Positions 37,800-48,037 of a stretch of DNA of 64,000 nucleotides are shown one piece after another. The first letter of the stretch is position 1, and the number at the start of each line of letters is the position of its first letter. The stretch covers positions 4,576,001-4,640,000 of the forward strand of contig OZ244937.1 in NCBI GenBank assembly GCA_965222075.1, read 5' to 3'. The stretch is from Candidatus Latescibacterota bacterium. Lineage in GTDB: Bacteria; Latescibacterota; UBA2968; GCA-2709665. The notes below the pieces were generated by a model. It had not been told where the DNA came from and made no database searches. It saw nothing but the letters and a program-made list of their open reading frames with translations. Made by a program: the position numbers and the translations under genes.

Positions 37800-37888
37800 T
37801 TCGTTATGTCACATTGTTCGAAGCCGTTTGGGGTACAGGTCGGCTTCGTACCGGCTTCTGGTCTTGCGAGTGGATTTTATATCTATTT

Positions 37889-38857
37889 TTACGGAATCAA
37901 GAGCACTTTGCCCGCGGTTTTCCGGCCTTCTATGAGGCGGTGGGCTTCGGCGGCGGCGGGGAGGGGGAGGGTGCGGTCGATGCGGAGTTTGAGCTGGCCC
38001 GACTGGACCCACCCGAGCACGTCCCCGGCGCGCTGGAGCAGCTCATCGCGGGCGGCGGTGTAGTCCTTGAGGGTGGGCCGGGTGAGGTAGAGGGAACCTT
38101 TGGCGTTCAGGACGCCGGGATCAAAGGGGGGTACCGGGCCGCTGGATTGTCCGAAGAGGACAAGAAGGCCCCGCGGCCTGAGACAATTGAGGCCCTTTTC
38201 AAAGGTGGTCCTGGCCACGGAATCGTAGACGACGTCTACCCCCCGCCCGTGGGTGAGGCGCTTCACTTCAGCTTCGAAGTCCTGTTCGGTGTAGCGGATG
38301 ATTTCATCTGCGCCGGCGTCTCTGGCAAGCCGGGATTTCTCGTCTGTGGAGACGGTGCCAAAGACCCGGGCGCCACACGCTTTGGCCATCTGGACCAGGA
38401 GGAGGCCTACGCCGCCCGCAGCGGCGTGGATGAGGGCGGTGTCGCCACGTTTGAGCGGGTAGGTGCCGTGGGCCAAGTAGTGGGCGGTCATGCCCTGGAG
38501 CATGGCAGCGGCTCCGGTTTGGGTGTCTACCCCTTCGGGGAGTTTTACAAGCCGGGCCTCGGGGGCCGCCACGTATTCGGCGTAGGAGGCGGGTACGCCG
38601 CTGTAAGCCACCCGGTCATCCACCTGGAGATATTTCACATCGGCGCCCACGGTCTTAACCGTGCCGGCTGCTTCCAGGCCCGGAATAAATGGGAGGTCGA
38701 GGGGATACAGGCCGGTGCGGTGGTAGGTGTCGATGTAGTTGAGACCGATGGCTTCGATTTTGACCAGGACTTCGCCCGCACCGGGTTGAGGGTCGGGGAC
38801 CTCTTCGTAGTGGAGTACCTCGGGGCCACCCGCTTGGGAGACACGAACCGCTTTCAT
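37889..38857 (-). CDS. qor: NADPH:quinone oxidoreductase (zeta-crystallin/MDR family)
   Basis: GGPEVL, AIGLNYID, HAAAGGVG, DVVYDSV, KGSLYLTRP. ATG at 38857. Confidence 0.93.
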   Translation of the reverse strand: MKAVRVSQAGGPEVLHYEEVPDPQPGAGEVLVKIEAIGLNYIDTYHRTGLYPLDLPFIPGLEAAGTVKTVGADVKYLQVDDRVAYSGVPASYAEYVAAPEARLVKLPEGVDTQTGAAAMLQGMTAHYLAHGTYPLKRGDTALIHAAAGGVGLLLVQMAKACGARVFGTVSTDEKSRLARDAGADEIIRYTEQDFEAEVKRLTHGRGVDVVYDSVARTTFEKGLNCLRPRGLLVLFGQSSGPVPPFDPGVLNAKGSLYLTRPTLKDYTAARDELLQRAGDVLGWVQSGQLKLRIDRTLPLPAAAEAHRLIEGRKTAGKVLLIP

Positions 38858-38891
38858 GGTGTTGTCCTCCGTAAAAGAATGGGGTTTCGGA

Positions 38892-41066
38892 TCAAAATGT
38901 CCCCGAGATCCCCAGAGAGAGCCGCCTGGGGGGACCCAGGTTGCGTTCGACGGTTGTATAGTTATATTCGAGGGCATTGTGGACTTTTAAGGTCAGATCG
39001 ACCGCGCCGAGGGCACAGGCCGCCGAGAGGTCGACCAGGTAGGTGGAGATGAGGTCCCGGGTGCCTTCTGGAAAGAGCCCCGATGCGCGTTGAATGCGGC
39101 TGCGGTAGGTGAGCCGGCCCTCCAGTATCAGTTTGCCGAAGGTTGTCCGCAGGCTTCCGGCCGCAAGGTGCTGCGGGCGATAGGGCAGGGGCGCGCTGCC
39201 GGAGGGGAGGTCTTCAGTAGCGTCCAAGAGGGTGTAGTTGCCCTCAAACCCAAGGTGGCGCCAGGAGGCCTGGGCGCTGGCTTCCAGGCCGGCGATCCGT
39301 CCTTTTGAGACGTTTCGGAAGCTGATCACTCCGGCGGCGTCGGGCCGGGCTTCGATCAGGTCTTTATAGCGGCTCCAGAAAGCGGCGAGGTCGAGGTGGA
39401 GCCAGGTGGCAAATCGGCGGTCCAGGCCGATTTCATAGGAGAGGCTTCGCTCTGCAACGAGATCGGGGTTGGGCACGATGGGGACGCCCGAGAAGACGGC
39501 GTTGGTGTAGATTTCGGCGATGGAAGGGCCGCGGAACCCCCATCCCAGCGCGCTCCGCAGCGACGTGTGCTCCCAGGGCCGGTAAGAGAGGCCGAATTTG
39601 GGGCTGATGCGGCGCTCTGCAGGGCGACCATCGGTTCGGTAGCGGTCGTACCGTGCGCCGGTCGACAGGGTCAGCCGGTCTGTGGCCTCAAGTTCGGCCT
39701 GGGCGTAGGCCGCCAGGTTGAGGCCGGTGTGGTTGCCAAAGAGGTTGTCAGAAGAGGAGGTGCGGTCTGCGATCCATTCCACACCCGAGGTGATCGAGAG
39801 GGGGTCGGACGGCTGGAGGTCGACCTGGAGTTCCTGGCCGAATTTGTAGGCTTCAGACGAGGTTCGCCCTTCCACTTGGTTATCGAAGTCGGTCCGGTAG
39901 ACAAAGGTCTTGATCCGATAGCCCATCCGGGGGCTGAACAACCGGTAGAAGGCGAGGTTGAGGTTGAGTTTCCGGGAGACGGTCTTGTCATTCTGGCTTT
40001 GCAGGGGGACCTCTAAGGGTTCGTTTCGGTCCTTCCACTGGATGAAGACCCCATGATCGTCGAACGCCCAGTTGAGGGTTGCGGTGAGGGTTGCGGAGGA
40101 TGCGAATTCATACCGGAATTTTCCAAACGCACTGTAGCGTTTATACCAATCGTTTTCCCGGTAGCCGTTGGTCCATTTTTGACCCAGACCCAGCACAAGC
40201 CCTCCCCGCCCCACCTGCCGGCTGTGGCTGATGTCGATGCCTTCAAAGTAGCGCCGACCGGAGGCCCAGTGCCAATCGGGATAGATCGGGTTGCTGTAAA
40301 GACCCGTCAGGACGCGAAATTTTGTTTCGGGCTGAGGCGAGGGGTGCCGGGTGATGACGTTGATGATCCCCCCCAGCGCGCCGGTGCCGTAGAGGGCCGA
40401 TCCCGCCCCTTTGATGATTTCCACACGGGCGATCTGGTCCATGGGGATGGCGTCCCATTTGATTTCGCCGTTGTCAGCGGAGAGGGCCGGAAACCCGTCG
40501 ATGAGGAGGAGCACCCGGCTGCCAACGCCCCGGGAGAATCCGCTGGCCCCCCGGATGTTGACCTGTCCACTGACCATGTTTACACCGGGGAGGTAGTCTA
40601 AGGACTCTTTCAGCGAGACGGAGTTGTGCGTCTGGAGGTCCTGGGCGTCGATTAAGGCCACGCTGGTGGGCGTATCGACAATATTTCTGGGACGTTTGCT
40701 GGCGGAGATTACGAGCGCCGGCATTTCGATTACGGTTGGGACCAGCCGGACCTCTATGTGGACCGTATCTCCAGGCGCCACGGTCACGTCTTTGCGCAGG
40801 GCCGGTGTGTAGCCGACCATCGAAATGGAAAGGTCGTACACGCCTGCCGGCAGTCCGGTCAGGCGGAAGTTTCCATCCGGGTCGGTTATCGCACCAAGCC
40901 CGGTGCCCAGAAGGACGACGTTGGCCCCGGGGAGCGGCTCTGCGGCCTCAGCGTCCGTTATCCGGCCTGCCAGGGTTCCGGTCTGTCCTGCGTGCAGGCT
41001 TGAGACCGGCAGACAGAGGAGGCAGAAAGCCAGTACAGATGTTGCGTTCGGGCAGATTTGCCCCAC
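38892..41066 (-). CDS. TonB-dependent receptor with carboxypeptidase-regulatory-like N-terminal domain
   Basis: EPLPGANV, plug motifs VLLLIDG and RVEIIKGAGSALYG, NPDLVAE, C-terminal Phe. Start about GTG at 41066, uncertain. Confidence 0.9.
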   Translation of the reverse strand: MGQICPNATSVLAFCLLCLPVSSLHAGQTGTLAGRITDAEAAEPLPGANVVLLGTGLGAITDPDGNFRLTGLPAGVYDLSISMVGYTPALRKDVTVAPGDTVHIEVRLVPTVIEMPALVISASKRPRNIVDTPTSVALIDAQDLQTHNSVSLKESLDYLPGVNMVSGQVNIRGASGFSRGVGSRVLLLIDGFPALSADNGEIKWDAIPMDQIARVEIIKGAGSALYGTGALGGIINVITRHPSPQPETKFRVLTGLYSNPIYPDWHWASGRRYFEGIDISHSRQVGRGGLVLGLGQKWTNGYRENDWYKRYSAFGKFRYEFASSATLTATLNWAFDDHGVFIQWKDRNEPLEVPLQSQNDKTVSRKLNLNLAFYRLFSPRMGYRIKTFVYRTDFDNQVEGRTSSEAYKFGQELQVDLQPSDPLSITSGVEWIADRTSSSDNLFGNHTGLNLAAYAQAELEATDRLTLSTGARYDRYRTDGRPAERRISPKFGLSYRPWEHTSLRSALGWGFRGPSIAEIYTNAVFSGVPIVPNPDLVAERSLSYEIGLDRRFATWLHLDLAAFWSRYKDLIEARPDAAGVISFRNVSKGRIAGLEASAQASWRHLGFEGNYTLLDATEDLPSGSAPLPYRPQHLAAGSLRTTFGKLILEGRLTYRSRIQRASGLFPEGTRDLISTYLVDLSAACALGAVDLTLKVHNALEYNYTTVERNLGPPRRLSLGISGTF

Positions 41067-41511
41067 GCACCAAGTCCAGATGGGTTTGAATATTGATGTT
41101 TTTGGTGGTTTCACCCAGGCGAACCTCCACCGGGGTTGGCAGCGAGTCGTTTCCAACGTGGTAGCACCCCAGGAGGGAGTCGAAGTTCCAGAACCCCTCT
41201 TTGGGACGCCAGGCCACAACGATCCATTCGTAGGTCCCGGGTTCTTCCAGAGGGACGAAGTATTCGTAGCGGGACGCACCGATGGTTACGGTGGTGTCCC
41301 AGCCGGCGATGTTAAAGAAGTCGGCCAGCGCCTGAGGGCGTTTCTGGTAGACGGCAACGGCCACGTCCGCAGTTTCCGGGGGCCAGACGCCGTTGAAGAA
41401 CAGAGTGCCCTTGATTCCGGTGCCATCGGGAGGCCCTACATCAAGCCCGTGGTTGATGTCGCAGCTCCAAAAGAGGAGGAGCACGGCAGGAATATAAATA
41501 AATTTTCGCAT
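40948..41511 (-). CDS. Hypothetical lipoprotein upstream of the TonB receptor
   Basis: MRK...LLLFWSC lipoprotein signal; 3' end overlaps the receptor start. Confidence 0.75.
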   Translation of the reverse strand: MRKFIYIPAVLLLFWSCDINHGLDVGPPDGTGIKGTLFFNGVWPPETADVAVAVYQKRPQALADFFNIAGWDTTVTIGASRYEYFVPLEEPGTYEWIVVAWRPKEGFWNFDSLLGCYHVGNDSLPTPVEVRLGETTKNINIQTHLDLVRGANLPERNICTGFLPPLSAGLKPARRTDRNPGRPDNGR

Positions 41512-41694
41512 GGGTCAATGCATAAGAATCAGGTTCCGCTTGACTTTAGAGGTCCGTAGGAATTATTTTATTACAGCAGGCCTAAGCGAATCATGAATAT
41601 CGAACACGGAATGATGCGTGGTGAAGGAAGGCACCCTTTTACGTTTTTCTTCGACATACGATTTTTCAGATGTCGAACAAGGAGGTCTACAGAT

Positions 41695-42774
41695 ATGCCG
41701 ACGCTGGCCCTCCATTCTGTGCACGAAGCAGCCTGCGCTGTTTTTGTTCAGGTCGGAGGTTGGGAAGTTCCCGGATATTATGGCGATGTCGCATCGGAAT
41801 ATCGCGCCGTTCGAGAGGCGGCTGGAATTGCGGATCGCAGCGCTCGGGGCAAGCTGCGTGTCATCGGTTCGGACCGGGTTCGATTTTTGCACAACATGCT
41901 GAGCAATACGGTGGAGGGTCTGGGGGAAGGGGAGGGCAATTATGCCACTCTGACCAATCCCAAGGGACAGACGCTGACAGATGTCTGGGTGCACCACCGG
42001 GGGGAGACTTTTGTGCTGGAGACGGAACCCGGTTTTCAGGAAAAACTGTACACTTCGCTCGACCGGTATCTGATTGCCGACGATGTCGAGATGCAGGACA
42101 TCACCGAATCCCTGGCGATCCTGGGGATTTGGGGCCCCCGGGCGGGGGAGCTGGTTTCTGAGACCTTTGGCGGTGTTCCCACAGATCTGCCTGAATACCA
42201 TACGGTTATCCGTTCTTTTAACGGGACGGAGGTTACGGTTGTGTCCCGTGCCTTTGCAGGGGAGTCGGGCTACGACCTCTGGGTGGCCGTTAAAGGGGCC
42301 GAGGCCCTGTGGAGAGCCTTAGAAAAGAGGGGAGGACGCCCGGTCGGTTTTGAGGCTTTAGAGGTTCTGCGCGTTGAGGCGGGCATCCCCCGCTATGGGG
42401 TGGATGTTGACGAGCGGGCGGTCCCCTTAGAGGCGGGGCTCTATTCTGCGGTCAATTTTGAAAAGGGCTGTTTTATCGGCCAGGAGGTGATTGCCAAGAT
42501 GCACAACCTGGGCAAGCCCAGGCGGTATCTGGTTGGCCTGTGCGTTGAGGCCGATACGCCCCCTGCCGAGGGCACGCCCGTTTGGACGGATGGTAAAGAG
42601 ATCGGGCATATCACCAGCGGCCTCCGCTCGCTGGCGCTGGACCGGGTTGTTGCGCTTGCGTCGGTGCGTCGGGGGTTCCAGGAGCCGGGCCAGGTCGTTT
42701 TCACAGAGGGCGGCGTCCAGGCAGAGGTGGTCGCCCTGCCCTTTTACAAAGCGGTGCCGGCCAAGTTAGAATAA
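41695..42774 (+). CDS. Folate-binding YgfZ/GcvT-family protein
   Basis: LRVEAGIP and KGCFIGQE (YgfZ signature); AGGAGG RBS before ATG at 41695. Confidence 0.9.
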   Translation: MPTLALHSVHEAACAVFVQVGGWEVPGYYGDVASEYRAVREAAGIADRSARGKLRVIGSDRVRFLHNMLSNTVEGLGEGEGNYATLTNPKGQTLTDVWVHHRGETFVLETEPGFQEKLYTSLDRYLIADDVEMQDITESLAILGIWGPRAGELVSETFGGVPTDLPEYHTVIRSFNGTEVTVVSRAFAGESGYDLWVAVKGAEALWRALEKRGGRPVGFEALEVLRVEAGIPRYGVDVDERAVPLEAGLYSAVNFEKGCFIGQEVIAKMHNLGKPRRYLVGLCVEADTPPAEGTPVWTDGKEIGHITSGLRSLALDRVVALASVRRGFQEPGQVVFTEGGVQAEVVALPFYKAVPAKLE

Positions 42775-42904
42775 AGGTCTCTCCAGACCCTGTCAAGCCC
42801 TTTCACCTTAATAAGACCGAAAAACCCCATCCGGGTTCCCACTGTGTGGGATTTTACCTTGACTTTGGCGGATAAATGATGAAACTATGATCGGGCAGGT
42901 CCTT

Positions 42905-43264
42905 ATGGAAAACGACGTTCTGCGGCTGAGAAATATGGCCTTTTACGCCTATCACGGGCTGTTCCCCGAAGAAGAGAAACTGGGACAGCGGTTTGAAGTG
43001 GATGTGGAGATCTACGGGAACTTTCGGGGATATGCCCACAACAGCGGCGAAGGGGCTGTAAACTATCCGGAGGTCTATGCCGCTGTGGAAGAGGTGGTGA
43101 CCGGGGAGCGTTTCGGGCTGGTGGAGTCCTTGGCCGACCGGATCGCCCAAGTTGTGCAGGCGCGTTTTGGGCTGGCGCAGATCGTGGTTCGGGTGCGTAA
43201 ACCAAACCCTCCGGTTTCCGGACATTTTGACGGCGTCGAAGCTGAGGTTCGACGGGGGGGTTAG
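42905..43264 (+). CDS. folB: Dihydroneopterin aldolase
   Basis: FYAYHG..EE..GQRFEVD, VNY, LVESLA, VRKP. Confidence 0.93.
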   Translation: MENDVLRLRNMAFYAYHGLFPEEEKLGQRFEVDVEIYGNFRGYAHNSGEGAVNYPEVYAAVEEVVTGERFGLVESLADRIAQVVQARFGLAQIVVRVRKPNPPVSGHFDGVEAEVRRGG

Positions 43265-43265
43265 G

Positions 43266-43778
43266 GTGGCGACAGCGTATATCGGCATGGGGACGAACCT
43301 GGGAGACCGGGTAGAGACTTTCTGCCGGGCCGCGGCCGTTCTGGGGGAGCGTCCGGAGCTTCACCTGCGGGCGGCCTCCTGGGTGTATGAAACCGCTCCG
43401 GTTGGTATCACCGATCAGCCGGCCTTTCTGAATGCGGTTCTTCAAATCGAAACGGATTTGTCTGCCCGGGCGCTGTTGGACCTTCTGCTGGCGGTCGAAG
43501 GGGAGTTTGGGCGGGTTCGAAGGGAAAGATGGGGGCCGCGCACGCTGGACCTGGATATCCTGCTTTACGGTTGTGCTGTGATTCGGGAGGAGGGGCTTGA
43601 GGTTCCCCATCCCTGCGTGCACGAGCGGGCGTTTGTGCTGATCCCGTTGTGCGACCTCACCCCGGAAGGCTGCCATCCGGTGCTGAAGCAGACGTTTCGC
43701 ACGCTCGCCCGGGCGGTTGGCACAGCGCAGGCGGTCCGACGGGTGGAGGGCCTTGCTCTCCTGTCCGCTTGTCCATAG
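43266..43778 (+). CDS. folK: 2-amino-4-hydroxy-6-hydroxymethyldihydropteridine diphosphokinase
   Basis: GTNLGDR, YETAP, FLNAV, RWGPRTLDLDIL, ERAFVLIPL. Confidence 0.95.
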   Translation: MATAYIGMGTNLGDRVETFCRAAAVLGERPELHLRAASWVYETAPVGITDQPAFLNAVLQIETDLSARALLDLLLAVEGEFGRVRRERWGPRTLDLDILLYGCAVIREEGLEVPHPCVHERAFVLIPLCDLTPEGCHPVLKQTFRTLARAVGTAQAVRRVEGLALLSACP

Positions 43779-43789
43779 AGGGGGTGTTG

Positions 43790-44437
43790 GTGGCCGTCAG
43801 ATATATTGCCATTGAAGGGGTCCCCGGGGTGGGTAAAACCGACCTTGCCCGTCTTTTGGGAGAGCGCCTGAACGCCCGGCTGGTGCTGGAAGACGCCCAG
43901 GAAAATCCCTTTTTGCCCCTGTTTTACGAGGAGCCGGAGCACTACGGGTTCCAGACGCAGGCGTTTTTTCTGCTGAGCCGGTACCGACAGCAGCAGGATC
44001 TCCATCAGATCGATCTGTTTCAGTCGGTGGTTGTAAGCAATTATCTCTTCGCCCGGGACGGGATTTACGCCCACGTGGTCCTGAACGATGAGGAGATGTC
44101 GCTCTACGAACGGCTGGCCGAGAGCCTTCAGGAGAAGGCGTCCAAACCGGACCTGGTTCTCTACCTTCAGGATTCGGCCGCGCATCTGATCCAGCAGATT
44201 CGAAGACAGGGACCGGAGTACGAGCGGCTGATGACCGAAGATTATCTGGCACGTCTGATTGAGGCCTACAACCATTTCTTTTTTCATTATGCCGAAACCC
44301 CCCTGCTGGTGGCCAATGTTTCGCAGGTCGATTTTGTGAACCGTCCGAAGGACTTAGAGGCGTTGTTGCGGCAGATCTCGTCTCCGCCAGCGGGTACACG
44401 CTATTACAGACCTATGTACGCAGGAGCACAGCCATGA
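43790..44437 (+). CDS. Deoxynucleoside kinase
   Basis: YIAIEGVPGVGKT, NPFLPLFY, PDLVLYLQ; folK-dNK-panB synteny. Confidence 0.9.
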   Translation: MAVRYIAIEGVPGVGKTDLARLLGERLNARLVLEDAQENPFLPLFYEEPEHYGFQTQAFFLLSRYRQQQDLHQIDLFQSVVVSNYLFARDGIYAHVVLNDEEMSLYERLAESLQEKASKPDLVLYLQDSAAHLIQQIRRQGPEYERLMTEDYLARLIEAYNHFFFHYAETPLLVANVSQVDFVNRPKDLEALLRQISSPPAGTRYYRPMYAGAQP

Positions 44438-45210
44438 AGACGGCTGAAGACATCCGGGCCACGAAGGGCCAGTCGAAGATTGCAATGTTGACGGTCTACG
44501 ATTATCCAACGGCGTGCGCGCTGGACCGCTGCGGCCTTGATATTCTCTTTGTAGGCGATACGCTGGGGGAGGTGGAACTGGGGTTTGAGCGGACGTCCAA
44601 GGTGACGATGGAAATGATGCTCCATCATTTAGGCGCGGTCCGGCGCGGGGTCAAGGAGACGCATCTGCTGGCCGATTTGCCCTACGGGAGCTATGCAGCG
44701 CCCGAGCAGGCCCTGGAGAATGCCCGGCAGTTGCTGGAGGCCGGTGCCAACAGTGTGAAACTGGAAGGCCCTCGCTACGATGTGGTGGAATATCTGGTTG
44801 CGCATGGGGTGGATGTGATGGGGCATGTGGGCCTTTTGCCTCAAACGGCCCAAAGGTATGTCCGGCAGGGGACCAGGAAGTCTTCTGCCGCGCGGGTCGA
44901 ATCGGAGGCCGTCGGGCTGGCCCGCGCAGGCTGCTATGCCGTGGTGCTGGAATACGTCCCGACCGAACTGGCGCAGCGGATTACGCCCGCGATTCCAGCG
45001 CCCACGGTCGGAATCGGCGCGGGCCCCCACTGCGACGGTCAGGTTTTGGTCATTACCGATATGCTGGGCCTTTTCCCCCGGGTACCGTCCTATGTGAGGA
45101 AGTATGCCCACCTGTATGAAGCGATTGTCCAAGCCGGTGAGGCCTTCCGCGATGAGGTCAAGGAGGGACTTTTTCCCTCTGGTGGGTCCGAGGAGGCGGT
45201 GAAGTCGTAA
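44434..45210 (+). CDS. panB: 3-methyl-2-oxobutanoate hydroxymethyltransferase
   Basis: MLTVYD, VGDTLG, VKLEG, GHVGLLPQ, GIGAG..CDGQVLV. Confidence 0.95.
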   Translation: MKTAEDIRATKGQSKIAMLTVYDYPTACALDRCGLDILFVGDTLGEVELGFERTSKVTMEMMLHHLGAVRRGVKETHLLADLPYGSYAAPEQALENARQLLEAGANSVKLEGPRYDVVEYLVAHGVDVMGHVGLLPQTAQRYVRQGTRKSSAARVESEAVGLARAGCYAVVLEYVPTELAQRITPAIPAPTVGIGAGPHCDGQVLVITDMLGLFPRVPSYVRKYAHLYEAIVQAGEAFRDEVKEGLFPSGGSEEAVKS

Positions 45211-46064
45211 TGGGCGATCTGAAGGTGATTCAAACCGTTGCGGACATGCACCGGACCGCCGATGAGATGCGGGACTCGGGTTTGAGGATCGGCCTTTTGC
45301 CGACGATGGGATACCTCCACGGTGGGCATTTAAGCCTGATCCGTCAGGCGCGGCGGGCCTCGGACCGGGTGGTGGTCAGTATTTTTGTGAATCCGATGCA
45401 GTTTGGACCTCAGGAGGATTATGCCACCTATCCCTTTGACTTTGAACGAGATGTAAAGCTAATCCAGGAGATGGGAGGCGATCTGGTTTACGCGCCTTCT
45501 GCAAAGGAGATGTACCCGGAGGGGTATGCCACGTATGTGGCGGTTGAGCGGCTTACCCAGCACCTTTGCGGGTCGACCCGGCCGGGTCATTTTCGTGGGG
45601 TGACCACGGTGGTGACCAAGCTGTTTGCGGCGGTCAAGCCCCATGTCGCGGTGTTCGGGCAGAAGGACGCGCAGCAGGCGAGGGTGATCCGGCGGATGGT
45701 GCGGGATTTGAACTTAGATGTGGAAATCCGGGTTGCGCCAACAGTGCGGGAGGCAGACGGGCTGGCCAGGAGCTCTCGAAATGTGTACCTGAGCCCGGAA
45801 GAGCGGCGTGAAGCGCCGGTGCTCTACCAGGCCCTGCAGGAGGCCAAATCCTTAGTGGCGCAGGGCGAGCGGAGGGCCGCGGTCGTGGTAGAGGCGATGC
45901 GGCAGAGGATCGCTGCCCGCCCGCACGCGCGGATCGATTATGTTTCTGTGGTCAACGCTGAGGATCTAAGGCCGGTAGAGGCGCTTTCGGGAGCGGTCCT
46001 GTTTGCCCTGGCGGTGCGGTTTGGAGAGGCCCGGCTGATCGACAATTTTCAGGTTTCATTATAG
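45210..46064 (+). CDS. panC: Pantoate--beta-alanine ligase
   Basis: PTMGYLHGGH, SIFVNPMQF, RPGHFRGV, FGQKD, SSRN, RLIDN. Confidence 0.96.
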   Translation: MGDLKVIQTVADMHRTADEMRDSGLRIGLLPTMGYLHGGHLSLIRQARRASDRVVVSIFVNPMQFGPQEDYATYPFDFERDVKLIQEMGGDLVYAPSAKEMYPEGYATYVAVERLTQHLCGSTRPGHFRGVTTVVTKLFAAVKPHVAVFGQKDAQQARVIRRMVRDLNLDVEIRVAPTVREADGLARSSRNVYLSPEERREAPVLYQALQEAKSLVAQGERRAAVVVEAMRQRIAARPHARIDYVSVVNAEDLRPVEALSGAVLFALAVRFGEARLIDNFQVSL

Positions 46065-46111
46065 GCTCTAAGTATAAGTTTTTGTTATCAGTAAGAATAA
46101 GGAGAAAAGAC

Positions 46112-46140
46112 TTGACGTTGACGTAAGAGTTCGTTATATT
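46112..46140 (+). promoter_or_regulatory. Putative sigma70 promoter of sodA-prx-iscA
   Basis: TTGACG, 17 nt, TATATT in an AT-rich intergenic region. Confidence 0.5.
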
Positions 46141-46212
46141 TTTTTTGTATTTATCCGTTTGTATTTCTTATGATTTTGTCCTCTGTTCATCTTCATATAA
46201 GGAGAGTATCAA

Positions 46213-46824
46213 ATGGCCCACGAACTCCCTGATTTGCCGTACGCTCACGACGCTTTGGAGCCTCATATCGATGCCCGGACGATGGAGATTCATCACGGCA
46301 AGCATCACAACGCCTATGTGACCAACCTCAACGCTGCGCTTGATGGACACCCCGATTTGCAGGCCAAGAGCATCGAAGATTTAATCACCGATCTGGACAG
46401 CGTTCCCGAAGATATCCGGACGGCCGTCCGGAACAACGGTGGAGGGCACGCCAACCACAGTCTCTTCTGGACCGTTATGCGTCCGGCGGGCGGCCCGGGG
46501 CCTTCTGACGCGCTTATGGATGCCATAAATTCGGCCTTCGGAAGCGGTGAAGCCTGCAAAGAGAAGTTTGTGACTGCTGCGACCACCCGGTTCGGCAGCG
46601 GGTGGGCCTGGCTGGTTGTGAAGGACGGAAAGTTAGATGTTCTCAGCACGCCCAACCAGGACAATCCCCAGATGACGGGGGACGGAACGCCCATTCTGGG
46701 CTTAGATGTTTGGGAGCATGCATATTATCTGAACTATCAGAACAGGCGGCCTGACTACATTGAGGCCTGGGAGAACGTGATCAACTGGGACGAGGTGACA
46801 AGGCGCTTTGAAGCTGCAAAGTAA
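46213..46824 (+). CDS. sodA: Superoxide dismutase [Mn/Fe]
   Basis: [15 protein letters not shown] (Mn-type), [16 protein letters not shown]. Confidence 0.96.
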   Translation: MAHELPDLPYAHDALEPHIDARTMEIHHGKHHNAYVTNLNAALDGHPDLQAKSIEDLITDLDSVPEDIRTAVRNNGGGHANHSLFWTVMRPAGGPGPSDALMDAINSAFGSGEACKEKFVTAATTRFGSGWAWLVVKDGKLDVLSTPNQDNPQMTGDGTPILGLDVWEHAYYLNYQNRRPDYIEAWENVINWDEVTRRFEAAK

Positions 46825-46872
46825 GGCGTTTAAACTGGAGTATTGAACCCTGTAGAAGAGAGGATATGGTGA

Positions 46873-47352
46873 ATGGGGCTCAATGTTGGTGATCAGGCAT
46901 CCGATTTTACCCTCAAGCAGAAGGTGGGCGAGGAACTGGAAGATGTGAGCTTAAGCGGTTATCGGGGGAAAAAGAACGTGGTGCTGCTGTTTTTCCCCCT
47001 GGCTTATACCTCGGTCTGTACCGATGAGATGTGCTCGGTGAGCGGGGGGCTGGCCGAGTATGAAAGCTTAGATGCTCAGGTTCTGGGCATCAGCGTCGAT
47101 AGTCCCTTTTCGCAGGAAGCCTGGGCAAAGGAGAACGAGATTACGATCCCCCTGCTGAGCGATTTTAACAAAGAGGTAAGCGCGAGCTACGGGGCGCAGT
47201 ACGAGGACCTTCTGGGGTTCAGGGGCGTGGCCAAGCGTTCGGCATTTGTAGTGGATAAGGAGGGCATCATCCGCTATGTGTCCGTATCAGACGATCCCAC
47301 GGTTCTCCCCGATTTCGAGGCGATCAAGGCTTGTCTGGGGTCGCTCAATTGA
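46873..47352 (+). CDS. Peroxiredoxin (AhpE/AhpC-TSA family)
   Basis: FFPLAYTSVCT (PxxxTxxC), GISVDS, LLSDF, RSAFVVD. Confidence 0.9.
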   Translation: MGLNVGDQASDFTLKQKVGEELEDVSLSGYRGKKNVVLLFFPLAYTSVCTDEMCSVSGGLAEYESLDAQVLGISVDSPFSQEAWAKENEITIPLLSDFNKEVSASYGAQYEDLLGFRGVAKRSAFVVDKEGIIRYVSVSDDPTVLPDFEAIKACLGSLN

Positions 47353-47404
47353 TCTGGATGGAGGAAATCCCTTTTGTAAACGTACGATAAGGAGGTTGAT
47401 TTGA

Positions 47405-47728
47405 ATGGTCACACTCACGGAGTCCGCTGTCGGTAAGATCAAAGAGCTCTTGGGGCGTGAGGGGCGTTCGGATTACGGCCTTCGTATGAAGGTGGTGGGG
47501 GGCGGATGCTCGGGCTTGCAGTACCAAATGGGCTTTGAAGAGGCGTCTGGTGAGGACGACGATACGGTTGAAAGCGGCGGCGTGAAGGTCTTCATCGATA
47601 TGAAGAGCGCCCTCTACCTTGCAGGATCCGAGCTGGACTACGATGACGGGCTGATGGGATCGGGCTTTCAGGTGAAGAACCCCAATGCCACCAATCAGTG
47701 TGGTTGCGGGGAGTCTTTCGGCGTATAG
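47405..47728 (+). CDS. A-type Fe-S carrier protein (IscA/ErpA)
   Basis: GGGCSG, NPNA..CGCGESF. Confidence 0.95.
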   Translation: MVTLTESAVGKIKELLGREGRSDYGLRMKVVGGGCSGLQYQMGFEEASGEDDDTVESGGVKVFIDMKSALYLAGSELDYDDGLMGSGFQVKNPNATNQCGCGESFGV

Positions 47729-47789
47729 ATAATGGGCGGATTGATTTATTTTTTGCCCGGTCTGGCGTTTCCTGCCCTCTGAATTCTGG

Positions 47790-47820
47790 AAGGGAGGGGT
47801 CTGTAAAGGCTCCTCCCTTT
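47790..47820 (+). terminator. Hairpin downstream of iscA, possible terminator
   Basis: aagggaggggtc-tgtaaa-ggctcctccctt stem-loop; short U tract. Confidence 0.45.
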
Positions 47821-48037
47821 CGAGCAGTTTTGGGGGGTTGCTCAAGGTGGGTTTTGGGGATATGATTTTTCTGCTTTTAAGATCGTTGTTGCCGACTCTC
47901 AGGCGGCGTGCAACGATTGGGTTTCGTTTTTTTCTGGAATTCATCTCCGGATTCTTTCCCCGGGATCTGGAGGCGACGATGCTTTGCTGGGCTGCGGGGG
48001 GGTGGGTGGGGCGAAATATTAACCTGGACCTTAAGAC

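Noticed and set aside
41067-41279. N-terminal 71 aa of the 795-aa TonB receptor ORF
   Set aside because: Lies inside the upstream lipoprotein gene and precedes the signal peptide, so it is likely not translated.
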